Positions 51,845 through 63,191 are shown, numbered from the stretch's first letter. The stretch is DNA of 64,000 nucleotides from an uncultured Candidatus Rokubacteria bacterium (GCA_963708025.1 CAVPSB010000013.1:448001-512000); one strand, 5' to 3'. Numbers and translations: made by a program. The notes: generated from the letters alone by a model not told the origin.

Positions 51845-51908
51845 GTGCGCTCTCTCCTCAGCGACGCGTGCCGCCAGCGTCAGGCGGTGTTGGCGGCGTT
51901 GCGGCGGC

Positions 51909-52307
51909 TCACGCCTTGCCCTTCCGTCGTAGCTCGGCGATACGGGCCTTCACGAGCCGCCTCACGAGCGCCGACGGCAGCGGCTCGGTCAGTGGAAATC
52001 GAATCGTCCCCTTCGAGGTCTCGTATCCCTCGAGCGCGGCCGCATGGGCGCGCCTGACGGCCGCGCTCATCGGGTAGAGGCTGGTGTGGTGCCTCCAGGC
52101 GGCATACCACACGAGCGGCTGTCCATCGAGCCTGAAGGCGGGAATCCCGTAGCTGAAGCTCTCGGCGGCGCCGGGGGCCGCGGCGCGGATGGCCTCGCGC
52201 AGCGTCCGGAGGGCTCGGCGAGCATCGGGCGGCAACGACGCCAGGTAGGCTCGCACCCGCACCCCGGCTCGCTTGGCGTCACTTTTCGAAGGCGAGGGGG
52301 ATGTCAC
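51909..52307 (-). CDS. DUF1801/YdhG-like protein
   Basis: YLASLP...SYGIPAF...SKGTIRFP. Confidence 0.8.
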   Translation of the reverse strand: MTSPSPSKSDAKRAGVRVRAYLASLPPDARRALRTLREAIRAAAPGAAESFSYGIPAFRLDGQPLVWYAAWRHHTSLYPMSAAVRRAHAAALEGYETSKGTIRFPLTEPLPSALVRRLVKARIAELRRKGKA

Positions 52308-52354
52308 AGCGAGCCGGTGGGATCGTCAGTCCCAGACACGCCAACAACCGGCCA

Positions 52355-52708
52355 TCATGCGGCGACCTCCATGAGGTACGTGGTCAGCCACTTGATCTTG
52401 CCGCGCTGCATGACGAACACATCGCAGAACACCGCGCTCAGAACGCCGCCGGCCCTTCTCTGGGCGCGAACCGCGCCCTCGGCGACCACGACGTCGCCTT
52501 CCTCCGTCAGGCGCGTGATCGTTATCGTGGGGCTACCCACGAACGCAGGGTTCTCGATCTCCTTGTCGAAGGCCTCCTTGCCAGTCAAATGAAATGCCCC
52601 GGGCATCTCCCACTCGACGTCGTCGGTCAGGCAGGACAGGATCTCCTCATGGTCGCTCCGCCGGAAGCCTTCCATGTACCTTTCCACGGTTCGCTTGTTC
52701 TCTGTCAC
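52355..52708 (-). CDS. SnoaL-like/NTF2 family protein
   Basis: CLTDDVEW...EEGDVVVAEG...FCDVF. Confidence 0.75.
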   Translation of the reverse strand: MTENKRTVERYMEGFRRSDHEEILSCLTDDVEWEMPGAFHLTGKEAFDKEIENPAFVGSPTITITRLTEEGDVVVAEGAVRAQRRAGGVLSAVFCDVFVMQRGKIKWLTTYLMEVAA

Positions 52709-52757
52709 GTCCGAACTCCATGGAATCTGGGCCGAGACCGACCGGGTCGGCGTGCCC

Positions 52758-53682
52758 TCACGTGTGGGCATACAGCTCCGTGCTCAGGTACTTCATCCCA
52801 GAATCGACGGCCACGGTGACCACCGTGTGGTCGGGCCCCAGGCGCTCGGCGACCCGCAACGCCACCGCCACGTTTGCTCCCGTGGAGGTGCCGGCGAAGA
52901 TTCCCTCGAGCCGGGCCAGGCGCCGGGCGGTCGCCATCGCTTCCTGAGTCGATACCGTCTGGATCTCGTCGGCGAGTGTTCCGGTCCAGAGCGGCACCAC
53001 GAACCCGGCGCCGGTGCCCTCGATCCTGTGAGACCCGCTCGGCTTGCCCGACAGCACCGCCGACTCCTCGGGCTCGACCGCAACGACGTACACCGCCTCG
53101 TTGTGGGCTCGAAGGCGTGTCGAGATCCCCCGCAACGACCCGCAACTACCGACGCATCTGGACGAAAGCGTCAACCCGCCCGTGGGCCTGCTCCCAGATC
53201 TCCTCGCCCATCCGCTCGTAGCTGGACAGCTGATCGGTATTGTTCAGCTGATCCGTCCAGTAGCACCCGGGGGCGGAGGCGAGCTGTCTGGCGGTCTCGA
53301 TCATCTCGAGCGTGAGGGCCTTCGTCGTCCCCCCGGTGGGACTGGCGACGAGTGTGAGCCGAGCCCCCAGCGCCGCCATGTGGGCCCGCTTCTCCTGGCT
53401 GAACGCCTCCGATGTCACGATCTGCAGCGGGATGCGCTTCGCGGCGCACACGAAGGCGAGTGACACGCCCGTGCTTCCACCCGTGTACTCGATCACCGAG
53501 CCGCCCGGACGCAGCCGCCCATCCGCCTCGGCCGCCTCGACCATCGCGAGCGCCATGCGGTCCTTCATGCTCCCCGTCGGGTTTTCGTACTCCAGCTTGA
53601 CCAGGATCCTGGCGCTCTTCTCCGGGACCATGTGCTGGAGCGGCATGAGCCTCGTCCGGCCAATGGTATCGAGCACGTTCAC
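52758..53682 (-). CDS. Cysteine synthase family PLP enzyme; frameshift(s) near 53120-53160
   Basis: KLEYENPTGSMKDRMA, HRIEG.GAG, EGIFAGTSTGAN, DSGMKYLST. Confidence 0.85.
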
Positions 53683-53753
53683 GCTTGCTCTTCCTTTCTA
53701 CGAGGTTCACTGACTCTGGCTCAGTTTGACTGCAAGGTCCCATGGCAATCTCT

Positions 53754-53815
53754 TCCTAACAGCAGCTTTAGCGGCGGTGCCGAGCAGCGCGAGGCGACGT
53801 CCGCTGGCTGAAGTC
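53754..53815 (-). mobile_element. Degenerate attC-like site (integron cassette remnant)
   Basis: Minus strand CAGCGGACG...CGCCGCTAA-7 nt-GTTAGG; the inverse core site is missing. Confidence 0.3.
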
Positions 53816-54649
53816 CGCCTGCGCCTCGTGGTCCGCGCCCTCCCACAGCTGCTCTACCTCGATAAGAAGGCAGCAGAGTTCGTCTGCTGCCTCGCGACAG
53901 CCCGCGATGATGATCTCGTACGTACGATAGTCGCGAATCGCCTTGATCTGACTGACTACGTGCGTCTTGGCGAGGATGTCGCGGCGGTCAGCGAAGCGTC
54001 GGCCCAGGCCGCTCCACAGGCCTGCGTCGATCGGCGGATGCAGCAGCCGCGCGAGTCCAGGTCGCCCCAACCCGCCGATGTAGGTAGCGGTCTTGAGATA
54101 GACGTTGATCATCTTGGACGCCCAGCCGACGCACAGAGACCGCTCCTCGGCGCACAGTAGAGCGGTCGCATCGCGGTGCCAGTGAGCGAACTCCATCGGC
54201 GTGACTCTGGTGCGACGCGGTGCCAAGACACGCTGGAAGTCCACTAAGCGGAGGAGCGGGTACACTTGGTCACGCGACTTGACCGGCGCGCCCGAGCGGA
54301 GGGCGGACAGCACCGTCCAACCAGCGTACGTTTCATCGTGTGGGTGTCCGGCCTCCTGAGCCAGCACTCTTCTGCCGTACTCGGTGACGTGGAACCACGG
54401 CAGGTTCTGGTTCGTCGAGTTCATCCCCGGAGCCACGATTCCCTCGATGAGCAGCTGCCAGAAGACCTCAGTCACATGGAAAGCTAGGACTTGAGGCTGC
54501 CGGTTGTTGTTCGCGTATTCGACGAAGCGCTGATAAGCGTCCCCAGTCGAATTGAGCTGATTCGCGTTGGGATCGGAACGAAGCCAGTCAAAGAAAATAC
54601 GGCGTACTGCCGACCAATCGGGACGCGCAGGATCATAGGGAACCGGCAC
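53768..54649 (-). CDS. Hypothetical protein, possibly a chimera of two accessory-gene fragments
   Basis: GGAGG RBS preceded by GTTAGAC; lower GC; motifs LPWFHVTEYG and ASKMINVYLK...HPPID. Confidence 0.5.
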   Translation of the reverse strand: MPVPYDPARPDWSAVRRIFFDWLRSDPNANQLNSTGDAYQRFVEYANNNRQPQVLAFHVTEVFWQLLIEGIVAPGMNSTNQNLPWFHVTEYGRRVLAQEAGHPHDETYAGWTVLSALRSGAPVKSRDQVYPLLRLVDFQRVLAPRRTRVTPMEFAHWHRDATALLCAEERSLCVGWASKMINVYLKTATYIGGLGRPGLARLLHPPIDAGLWSGLGRRFADRRDILAKTHVVSQIKAIRDYRTYEIIIAGCREAADELCCLLIEVEQLWEGADHEAQADFSQRTSPRAARHRR

Positions 54650-54705
54650 CGTTCCGCCTCCGGCAGTCTAACGTTCGGGGCTCGTCTGGCTCCGGGGGGG
54701 CGCAC

Positions 54706-56309
54706 CTACTCCCGGAGCCAGACCTTCATGAAGGTGTTGTTGTCGTAGGTGGTGAGGGCGGGCTTGTAGCCCCGCACCCGCTTGTCCACGAAGAACCACC
54801 CTTCGACCCACGCCACCGGCACCGCCGCCGGCGGGCTCGGCCAGGATGTGGCGCTGGAGCTCCCAGTAGAGCTGCTTGCGCTTGTCGTGGCTCGTCTCGC
54901 GGAGGGCGCGCTCGGCCAGGTCGTCCACCTTGGGGTCCGAGTACCGCCCGTAGTTGCTGCCGGCGTTCGTCGAGTAGACGACCGAGAAGAGCGACTCGGG
55001 ATCGGGCGTGTCCATGGCGCGGTCCTGGGCGGCGATGAGGGCGAAGTCGCCCTTGCCGAACACCGCGTAGCCGGCCGCGCTCTCGTGGCTCTTGAGCGTC
55101 CCCCGGATCCCGGCCTTGCGGAGCTGGGCGAGGACGAGCTGGGCCCGGTCCAGGTAGTTGCCGACCGAGCGGATCGACACCTCGACGTCGAGGCCGTTCG
55201 GGTGGTGCTTCTCGACGAGCCGCTTGGCCTCGGCGACGTCCTGGTCCTTGGCCGCGCGGCAGCCGGGCAGCTTGCTCACCTCGTCGAGCGGCAGCGCGAA
55301 GTCGCCGACCAGCTTGGGGTCGAGCAGCGCGCACGGCACGCCGGCGCCCTCCAGGGCCTTGGCCACCAGCTCCTGGCGGTCGAGCGCGAGGAACACGGCC
55401 CGCCGCAGGTCGGGCTCGTTGAAGGGCGGCCGCTGCGGCGTTCAGGAAGACCAGCCAGATGGTGTTGATGGACTGCTGGGAGATGTCCACCTCGTTGCCG
55501 CGCGCCCGGGCCAGCTCGTCGGCCTGGGTCTTCCGCATCGGCGGCCAGGTGTCCCACAGCATGACGCGACCGGCCTTGGCGGCGGCGAGCTGGGTGGGCC
55601 CGGCGGTCAGGATGTACTGGCGGACGCCGTCGAGATACGGCAGGCCCGGGATGAAGTAGTCCTTGTTCTTCTCCCACTCGATCAGGTTGCCCCGCTCGTA
55701 GCGCTTGAACCGGAACGGCCCGGTGCCGATCTGGGCCTCCGGCCGGTCGAGGTCGCCGAACTTCTCGAGCACGTGCTTGGCCGCCACCCGGCACCAGGCG
55801 GAGGCCACCACGCCCACGAAGGGCGCGGCCGGGAACTTCAGCCGGAACTGCACGGTGGCCGGGTCGAGCACCTCGACGCCCGCCACCATCGGCTTGAGGG
55901 CGGCCCCGCACTTCGGGCTCTTGAAGTCGGGATTCAGGAGGCGGTCGAAGGTGGCCTTGACGTCGGCCGCGCTGAACGGCTGGCCGTCGTGCCACTTCAC
56001 GCCTCGGCGCAGGTGGAAGGTGTACGTCCGCCCGTCGGGCGACGCCGTCCACCGCTCGGCGAGGTCGCCCGCGATCTTGCTCGGGTCGTCGGGGTCGTAG
56101 TGGAGGAGCCCGCTCCAGATCCCGGCGGTCGCCTGCTGGACGACGAGCGGCGACTCGGCGTGGACGTCGAGGCGACCCGGGTCGCCGTAGTCGAACCAGT
56201 TGAGGATCCCGCCGTAGCGGGGCTTGTCCTGAGCCAGGGCATCCCCGGCCCCGAGGCCGAGCAGCGTCACGATCGTCAGCATCACCGCGAGCCTGATCGC
56301 CAGCTTCAT
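54706..56309 (-). CDS. Family-5 ABC transporter substrate-binding protein; frameshifts near 55435 and 54830
   Basis: Signal peptide, LRRGVKWHDGQPFSAADV, IGTGPF, ends FMKVWLRE. Confidence 0.85.
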
Positions 56310-56544
56310 GGGTCTCCCCCTTTCGGTCAGCGGGCCTGGCGCATTATCCACGGGGCGCGCCCCTACCGTCAACGCGCGCCGATCCGGCCGAGGGCCCCGT
56401 CGAGATTTGCCCGTAAGGGCAATGCCGGCCCCGGCCGGCGGCCGCCTTGTGAGACTCTTTCCGCTTGACAGGGGGCCGGCTCGTCGAGCCTGGCCACACC
56501 CGTCGGTCGCCACCCGCCCAGGACGTGTCAGAGAGGAGGCCGCC

Positions 56545-58044
56545 GTGCCCCACTACCTCAGCGACGATGAGCTCCGAAGCGTGGCACCCGCCGAGTCAGC
56601 CTTCCGGGCGCCGATCCCGACGCAGATCGTCTCCAATGGCGAGTTCAACCCCCTGCCCCAGACGAGCGACCAGCGTCGCGTGGAAGCGCGCGTCAAGGCG
56701 CTGGCCGACGAGCTGGGGCCCCGGCACGGGATGGGCCGCCGGCAGTTCCTGACGACCAGCGCCGGAATGGCCGCCGCGTTTCTCGCGATGAACGAGGTGT
56801 TCGGCCCCCTGTTCGAGGTCAGCCGCGCCGAGGCCGCCGCCCCCGGTGTCGCCGTCGAGCGGGCGGCCGCGATGGCCGGGCAGTTCATCGTCAACGTCCA
56901 GACGCACTTCGTCCGGGACGACTTCAAGCAGGACGGCCTGCTGGACCTGGCGAAGTACGCGCGCCAGCACTGGAATCCCGCGCTGGCCGGCGAGAATTCC
57001 CTCGCCCGCTTCAAGTTCGAGAACTACGTCAAGGAGGTCTTCGTCGACAGCGACACGAAGGTCGCGCTGCTCTCCGGCGCGCCGTTCGACGATCCGACCT
57101 GGGACCTGCTGAACAACGACCAGATCGCGGCGGCGCGGTCCGCCATCAACCGGATCGCCGGCTCGCGGCGCCTGCTGGCGCACTCCGTGTTCACCCCGAA
57201 GAAGGCCGGCTGGCTGGACGAGGTCAACCGCTGCATCGCGCAGATCCAGCCCGATAGCTGGAAGGGTTACACGATCGGGGATCCGCTCTTCCCGTCCAAG
57301 CTGGGGTCCTACTGGCGGCTGGACGACGAGAAGCTCGTCTACCCCTTCTACGAGAAGATCGTCAAATCCGGCATCACGACGGTCTGCATCCACAAAGGCC
57401 TGCTTCCGCTGGACTACGAGAAGTCGTGGCCCGGCGTCTGGGAGTACGCCACGGTCTCGGACCTGGGCAAGGCGGCCAAGGACTGGCCCCAGATCAACTT
57501 CGTCATGTACCACGGGGCCCTGCGAGCCTTCCTGGAGACCCCCGATGCGGCGCTGGCCGAGTTCGAGCAGACCGGCCGGATCAAGTGGTCTACCGACCTC
57601 GCCGAGATCCCGGGCAAGTACGGCGTCAACAACGTCTACGGTGAGATCGGCACCGCTTTCGCCAACTCGGCGGTGGCGAACCCCCGCTTCGCCGCCGCGT
57701 TCGTGGGCTCCCTGCTCAAGGGTCTCGGCCCCGACCGGGTGCTGTGGGGCACCGACTCGGTGTGGTACGGCTCACCGCAGTGGCAGATCGAGGCGATGCG
57801 GCGCCTGGAGATCCCCGAGGACATGCAGAAGAAGCACGGCTTCGCGCCGCTCGGGCCCGCGGAGGGCATGGTGAAGACCGCGCTCTTCAGCGGCAACGCG
57901 GCCCGGCTCTACAGCCTCCAGGTGCGGACCGCGCACGGCGCCATCACGAACGACAAGATCGCGGCGATCAAGGCGGAGTACCTGGCCAGCGGGGGCATGC
58001 GCAGCAACACCCGCTACGGCTACGTCCACCGGTCGGTCGCCTGA
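56545..58044 (+). CDS. Amidohydrolase-2 family protein
   Basis: PIPTQIVSNGEF, VQTHF, CIHKGL, WGTDSVWYGSPQWQI; GGAGG RBS. Confidence 0.85.
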   Translation: MPHYLSDDELRSVAPAESAFRAPIPTQIVSNGEFNPLPQTSDQRRVEARVKALADELGPRHGMGRRQFLTTSAGMAAAFLAMNEVFGPLFEVSRAEAAAPGVAVERAAAMAGQFIVNVQTHFVRDDFKQDGLLDLAKYARQHWNPALAGENSLARFKFENYVKEVFVDSDTKVALLSGAPFDDPTWDLLNNDQIAAARSAINRIAGSRRLLAHSVFTPKKAGWLDEVNRCIAQIQPDSWKGYTIGDPLFPSKLGSYWRLDDEKLVYPFYEKIVKSGITTVCIHKGLLPLDYEKSWPGVWEYATVSDLGKAAKDWPQINFVMYHGALRAFLETPDAALAEFEQTGRIKWSTDLAEIPGKYGVNNVYGEIGTAFANSAVANPRFAAAFVGSLLKGLGPDRVLWGTDSVWYGSPQWQIEAMRRLEIPEDMQKKHGFAPLGPAEGMVKTALFSGNAARLYSLQVRTAHGAITNDKIAAIKAEYLASGGMRSNTRYGYVHRSVA

Positions 58045-58065
58045 GATCTCCGGAGCCTCCCGGCC

Positions 58066-58110
58066 ATCCCCCCTTCCCCACCCACTGGGGGAGGGGGGAG
58101 TCGGGGGCCC
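58066..58110. terminator. GC-rich hairpin (REP-like/terminator) between convergent genes
   Basis: TCCCCCTTCCCCA...TGGGGGAGGGGGAG. Confidence 0.45.
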
Positions 58111-58124
58111 CGATGCTTCACGCC

Positions 58125-58610
58125 CTACCGGGCAAGCTCGAACTCGCCCTCGAGACTATCCCACAAGAGGCCGGGCGCAACCACAGAGACGCGCCACTTC
58201 CCTCCGCCCTTGATGCCGGCAAGCTTGTCGGTCCCGCCCATGAACTGAAACGTCCCCTCGGCACCGTCGTCAAGGATACGGATCGTTTCGAAGCGCGCGA
58301 AGGCCTTGGACCCGTCGCGCTGCGCGAAAATCTTGTATCCTCCGGCCGTGGGGGCTGCCTTGTTCCCCCCACTAGTGCCCTTGACGATGTACTGAGCCGT
58401 GTCGAGGAATCCGCTACCCGCGCTGTTGAACACGACACCGATCCAGTCGCTCACTCCGACGCGGTGACCCTCGGGGTCACCGACCTCCAGAGTCTCCGCC
58501 TTGGTCCGGTACAGCGTACCGCGGAGAACGAACTTCTCGCCCGCCGCCGCGGGGTCGGGATAGCTGAAGAGCCCTACTAGCAGCAGACCGCAGATCGCAA
58601 ATGTCCGCAT
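58125..58610 (-). CDS. Secreted hypothetical beta-barrel-like protein
   Basis: Signal peptide; GGTDKLAGIKGGG; AGGAGG RBS. Confidence 0.6.
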   Translation of the reverse strand: MRTFAICGLLLVGLFSYPDPAAAGEKFVLRGTLYRTKAETLEVGDPEGHRVGVSDWIGVVFNSAGSGFLDTAQYIVKGTSGGNKAAPTAGGYKIFAQRDGSKAFARFETIRILDDGAEGTFQFMGGTDKLAGIKGGGKWRVSVVAPGLLWDSLEGEFELAR

Positions 58611-59013
58611 ATCGCCCTCCTCCTGGGAACGGCGAGACTAGACCCTGTACCTGCTGCGCGACGTGGGAGGCATCGAGCGGGATTGGGGGACTGCGACAGT
58701 GGAACGCACGCCATCGCCCACGGTCCGGCGCGTCCAGCCGAGCGGCGAAGTGGTGCCCGAGCCCCTGGGCGACGCGCATCATGACCTCCCGAACTCGAGG
58801 GCGAATGAGGGCGACGCGAATATACGGCCAGCGCCGGGGTCCGCGCAACCTCACCCTGCTGGCCGTCGGAAGGCGTGGACGGCGCCGGTGGACGCCAGCC
58901 CCCATTCGCGTTCGTTCGGGTGTTGAGGCCTTGTCCGTCACAACGCCCACCCTCGCTGGCGTGGAAATCCTCCTAGGATCGCTCTCTTCCAGGGACAGTC
59001 TAGCTCGTCTTCC

Positions 59014-59079
59014 TTACTGGATCACTTCATCCGCCCGCGCTAGCACCGATGGCGGGATCGTCAGCCCAATCTGCTTGCC
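59014..59079 (-). pseudogene. Extreme 3' remnant of a PF04392-type SBP gene
   Basis: Translates as GKQIGLTIPPSVLARADEVIQ*. Confidence 0.6.
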
Positions 59080-59119
59080 TTCATCAGTTGGCCCATGTAA
59101 GCGAACGCGGCGGATCTTC

Positions 59120-59968
59120 TCAGCCCAGCCCGCCCCGCAGTCGCGGATCGGTGAGATCGCGGATCGCGTCGCCCAGCAGGTTGAGCCCGAACACCGTCAC
59201 GCTGATGGCCAGCCCCGGGAACAGGAACATCCACGGCGCCTGCTCGATGGCCTGGGTCCCCGCCGTCAGCATGGCCCCCCACGATGGCTCGTCGGGCGGC
59301 GCCCCGAGGCCGAGAAAGCTGAGCGATGCCTCCACCACGATGGCATAGGAGACGTTGACGGTCACCAGCACGATATAGGTGGCGAGGGTGTTGGGCAAGA
59401 CGTGCCGGGCGATCACCCGCCCGTGCGAGCAGCCCGCCGCCCGCGCCGCCTCCACGTACGGGCTCTCGCGGAGGCCGAGGACCAGCGACCGCAGCGTCCG
59501 CGAGGCCGTCGGCGTCAGGAGGATCGTCAGGGCCAGGATCACGTTGGTCACCGACTGGCCGAGGGCTGCCATGAGCGAGAGAGCCAGGATGATGGGGGGC
59601 AGGGCCATGAGCGTGTCCACCACCCGCTGGCTGGCCGTGTCGGCGACGCCGCCGAGGTAGGCGGTGACGATCCCCCACAGCCCGCCGAGCGTGATGCCGA
59701 AGGCCACCGAGGTGAGCCCCACGTAGAGGGACAGGCGGGCCCCCCAGATGACGCGGCTCAGCAGGTCGCGCCCGAGGTGGTCGGTGCCGAGCGGGAACTC
59801 GCGGCCGGGCGGCACGTAGGGCGCGAACCCGGTTTCCTTGGCACCGTGGGGCGCGAGCTGGGGGGCCAGCACCGCGGTGGCGACCAGGCCCAGCACGATG
59901 ACGGCCCCCAGCGCCCCCAGCGGCTGGCGGGCGGCGACCCGGCCGAGGCGGGCAAGCCCGATGCGCAT
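59120..59968 (-). CDS. Peptide/nickel ABC transporter permease (DppC-like)
   Basis: LGTDHLGRD, YVEAARAAG, NLLGDAIRDLTDPR. Confidence 0.9.
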   Translation of the reverse strand: MRIGLARLGRVAARQPLGALGAVIVLGLVATAVLAPQLAPHGAKETGFAPYVPPGREFPLGTDHLGRDLLSRVIWGARLSLYVGLTSVAFGITLGGLWGIVTAYLGGVADTASQRVVDTLMALPPIILALSLMAALGQSVTNVILALTILLTPTASRTLRSLVLGLRESPYVEAARAAGCSHGRVIARHVLPNTLATYIVLVTVNVSYAIVVEASLSFLGLGAPPDEPSWGAMLTAGTQAIEQAPWMFLFPGLAISVTVFGLNLLGDAIRDLTDPRLRGGLG

Positions 59969-60933
59969 CACGCGTACCGGATGCGGGGATCGAGCCAGGC
60001 GTACAGGAGATCCACCAGCAGGTTGATGACGAGGAAGATCACCGCCATCACGAACACCAGGGCCTGCACGGTCGGATAGTCGCGCTGGCTCACCGCCTGG
60101 GCGAGGGCGCTCCCCATCCCCGGCACCGAGAAGATGATCTCGACGATCACGATGCCGCCCAGGAGCCGCCCGCCCCACCACCCGATGAAGGTCACCACCG
60201 GCAGCAGGGAGTTGGCGAGCGCGTGGCGGTAGACGATGGCGCGCTCGGCCAGTCCCTTGGCGCGCGCGGTGCGGACGTAGTCCTGGCGGATCACCTCCAG
60301 GAGCTGGGAGCGCGTGAGACGCGTGATGGGGGCGCTGATGTAGTAGGCCTGCACGAGGGCCGGCCAGATGAGTTGCTTGAGGTTCTCGACCGGGCTGGTC
60401 CAGAGCGCGACGAACTCCAGCGGCGGCAGCCACTGGAAGAACCGCACCAGCAGGTAGAGGACCAGCACCCCGGTGAAGAAGATCGGCAGGCTGAGCCCGC
60501 TGAGGGAGAGCAGTCGCACGAGGTAGTCGGCCCAGGTGTTCTGGCGCACGGCCGACACGACGCCGAGCGGCACCGCCCACACGATGGCGATGAGGATGGT
60601 GAGCACGGCCAGCTCGAGCGAGCGGGGCACCCGCTCTCCGAGGATCTCGGCGACGGGCCGGCGCTGCGTGTACGACTGGCCGAAGTCGCCGCGCAGGGCG
60701 CTCCCCAGCCACCCCGCGTACTGCACCAGCACCGGGCGGTCCAGGCCGAGCTCGGCGCGGATCTGCCGGATCTGCTTCTGCTGGATGGCGCTCGCCTCGC
60801 TGCCCGTCTGGTAGACGAGGATCTCGGCGATGTCGCCGGGCACCACCCTCAGGATGACGAAGATGAGGAGGGACGCGCCCACGAGGGTGGGGACGAACAG
60901 CAGCAAGCGGCGGACGACGTAGCGGCGGCCCAC
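59968..60933 (-). CDS. Peptide/nickel ABC transporter permease (DppB-like)
   Basis: VPGD, GDFGQS, DYVRTARAKGL, RDYPTVQ, WLDPRI. Confidence 0.92.
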   Translation of the reverse strand: MGRRYVVRRLLLFVPTLVGASLLIFVILRVVPGDIAEILVYQTGSEASAIQQKQIRQIRAELGLDRPVLVQYAGWLGSALRGDFGQSYTQRRPVAEILGERVPRSLELAVLTILIAIVWAVPLGVVSAVRQNTWADYLVRLLSLSGLSLPIFFTGVLVLYLLVRFFQWLPPLEFVALWTSPVENLKQLIWPALVQAYYISAPITRLTRSQLLEVIRQDYVRTARAKGLAERAIVYRHALANSLLPVVTFIGWWGGRLLGGIVIVEIIFSVPGMGSALAQAVSQRDYPTVQALVFVMAVIFLVINLLVDLLYAWLDPRIRYA

Positions 60934-60963
60934 GTGGACCGTGACGCCCGGGGGCCCGGGCGC

Positions 60964-61575
60964 TCAGCCGTGACGCGCGTCCGGGCTCGGGACGAGCGCG
61001 CGGTCGCCCGCTGGCGGCGGCAGGGGCGCGGAGGCCGTCACCCCCGCTCCGATCGTCTCGCGGGCGAAGGAGTCGCGGATCTCGCGCCTCGGCGGCGGCG
61101 CCGGCCAGATGGGCAGCCAGCCGGCCAGGCGATGCGCCTGCACCCGCGACCGGAAGTACTGCTCGTGGTCCCACTCGACCTCCGCCATGGTGAGCAGGCA
61201 GTCCACGAACTCCGGCCGGCCGGCCCGCACCGCCAGGCGCGCCGCCGTCTCGTATTCCACGATGTTGCCGCGCTCGAGCCGGCCGGCGCCGTACATGGGC
61301 GCCAGCCAGCCCATCACGTGACACAGGACGCCGAGCGTCCGCCCGATCTTGCGGGCCCGTCGCTCGCGGTCCCCGGACGGCTCCGTCCCGATCCGGGCCA
61401 GCATGGCGCCCACCAGATCGCGGTGATGCCACTCGTCCTGCTCGATCTGGCGGATCCGGGCGCGGTCCTCGGGGTCCCGGACCGAGCGCCCGTGGCCCCG
61501 GTACGCCAGCGCGGCGGCAAGCTCACCCGAGTAGGCGCCTCGGAGAATGGCCACGAGCCCCTCGAGATCACTCAT
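60964..61575 (-). CDS. Ferritin-like di-iron domain protein
   Basis: YSGELAA..AY, DEWHH, EVEWDHE carboxylate/His ligand pattern. Confidence 0.7.
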   Translation of the reverse strand: MSDLEGLVAILRGAYSGELAAALAYRGHGRSVRDPEDRARIRQIEQDEWHHRDLVGAMLARIGTEPSGDRERRARKIGRTLGVLCHVMGWLAPMYGAGRLERGNIVEYETAARLAVRAGRPEFVDCLLTMAEVEWDHEQYFRSRVQAHRLAGWLPIWPAPPPRREIRDSFARETIGAGVTASAPLPPPAGDRALVPSPDARHG

Positions 61576-61603
61576 GCCGCACCCCCTCTCCGGTCACACG
61601 CGC

Positions 61604-61990
61604 TCAGAACATGGTGTTGCCGTGGGCCGCGGTCTCGGGCACCTCCTGGATCACGTCCCAGTGCTCGACGATCTTGCCGTTGTCGTCGAGCCGGAAGATG
61701 TCGATGCCGGCACAGGCCCGCGCGCCGGGCCACTCCTGCAAGCAGTGGAGGACGACGTAGTTCCCCTCGGCGATGGCGCGCTTCACGTGGACGCGCTTGC
61801 CGGGGTATTCCCGGGCCATCCGCGTGAAGAACTGGATGAACGCCTCCTTGCCGTCGGCCACGCCGGGATTGTGCTGGATGTAGACGGCCCCGGCGTACCG
61901 CTCGATCGCCTCGGCCGGGCGGCTCTGGTTGAACATCAGGTCGTAGAAGGCGATGACGGTCTGCTTGTTCTGCTGGAGCCGGTCGGTCAT
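61604..61990 (-). CDS. SnoaL-like/NTF2 family protein
   Basis: [31 protein letters not shown]. Confidence 0.85.
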   Translation of the reverse strand: MTDRLQQNKQTVIAFYDLMFNQSRPAEAIERYAGAVYIQHNPGVADGKEAFIQFFTRMAREYPGKRVHVKRAIAEGNYVVLHCLQEWPGARACAGIDIFRLDDNGKIVEHWDVIQEVPETAAHGNTMF

Positions 61991-62171
61991 CGGCCGTCCC
62001 TCCTCGCCCGCCGGTCCCGGTGGCCTCGGCCCGCGTTTGGCCCGCGCCGGCGGCGGCGATGCGCTAGAATCCCAGACAAGTGTACGCCCACTCGACGACG
62101 CCGACCGACGGCCGCTCGCCCGCCATCGTCCGCCCGCCCGCGCCCGGGGGCCGGGGCTGAGCGAGGCGCCC

Positions 62172-63191
62172 ATGGAGTTCGGCCTCTTCACCGAGTTCCA
62201 GTGTCCGCCCGGGATGAGCGAGGCGACCGCGTTCGAGGAGTCGATGGCCCAGATGCGGGCGGCCGAGGACCTGGGCTTCGACGCCGTGTGGCTGGGCGAG
62301 CTGCACTTCCAGAAGGACCGCTCCGTCCTCGCCTCGCCGCTGGTGGTGGCGGCGGCCATCGCGGCCTGCACCCGCCGCGTCAAGATCGGGATCGCGGTCC
62401 AGGTGCTGCCCCTGAGCCATCCCCTGCGCCTGGCCGAGGACGTCGCCACCGTGGATCATTTGTCCCACGGCCGTCTCGACTTCGGCGTGGGCCGGAGCGG
62501 CCTGCCCGGCCACTACCAGGGCTTCAACATCCCGTACGGCGAGAGCCGCGACCGCTTCTCCGAGACCCTGGAGATCCTCGTGAAGGCCTGGACGCAGGAG
62601 CGCTTCTCCCACGCGGGTCGCTACTACCAGTTCCGCGACGTGTGCGTGACGCCGAAGCCCTACCAGAAGCCTCACCCGCCCCTGCGGATCGCCGCCACCT
62701 CCGAGGAGACCTACCCGATGGTGGGCCGTCTGGGCCACCCGCTCTTCGTCGCCGTGCGGACGAGCGCGATCTCCGGCCTCCGGCGCTTTCTCGGCGGCTA
62801 CCACGAGGCGTGGCAGGCGGCCGGTCACCCCGGGCGCGGCGACGTCGCCCTCCTCGTCCCCGTGTACGTGGCGGAGACGGCGCGCCAGGCCCGCGAGGAG
62901 CCGGAGGCCAGCACCCGGCACTGGTTCCGCTCGATCGCCGAGGCGCTGATGCAGTCGCCCACCCGGCGGGCGGAAGCGGAGCGGCTGGCGGTCGTCACCT
63001 ACGAGGACATCCTCGCCGAGCAGGTGGTCTACGGGACGCCGGAGGCGGTGGCGGAGCGGCTCGGCGCGCTGCGCGTGGAGCTGGGATTCTCGACGCTGTC
63101 GGTGTGGATGAACGTGGGAGGCCTGATCCCGCACGAGCGCGTGCTCGCATCGATGCGCCTCTTCGCGGAACGGGTGGCGCCCCGCCTCTAG
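62172..63191 (+). CDS. LLM class flavin-dependent oxidoreductase
   Basis: [51 protein letters not shown]. Confidence 0.92.
   Translation: MEFGLFTEFQCPPGMSEATAFEESMAQMRAAEDLGFDAVWLGELHFQKDRSVLASPLVVAAAIAACTRRVKIGIAVQVLPLSHPLRLAEDVATVDHLSHGRLDFGVGRSGLPGHYQGFNIPYGESRDRFSETLEILVKAWTQERFSHAGRYYQFRDVCVTPKPYQKPHPPLRIAATSEETYPMVGRLGHPLFVAVRTSAISGLRRFLGGYHEAWQAAGHPGRGDVALLVPVYVAETARQAREEPEASTRHWFRSIAEALMQSPTRRAEAERLAVVTYEDILAEQVVYGTPEAVAERLGALRVELGFSTLSVWMNVGGLIPHERVLASMRLFAERVAPRL

Noticed and set aside
56730-56800. RRQFL Tat-like motif in the amidohydrolase
   Set aside because: Lies about 65 residues from the likely start; export cannot be supported
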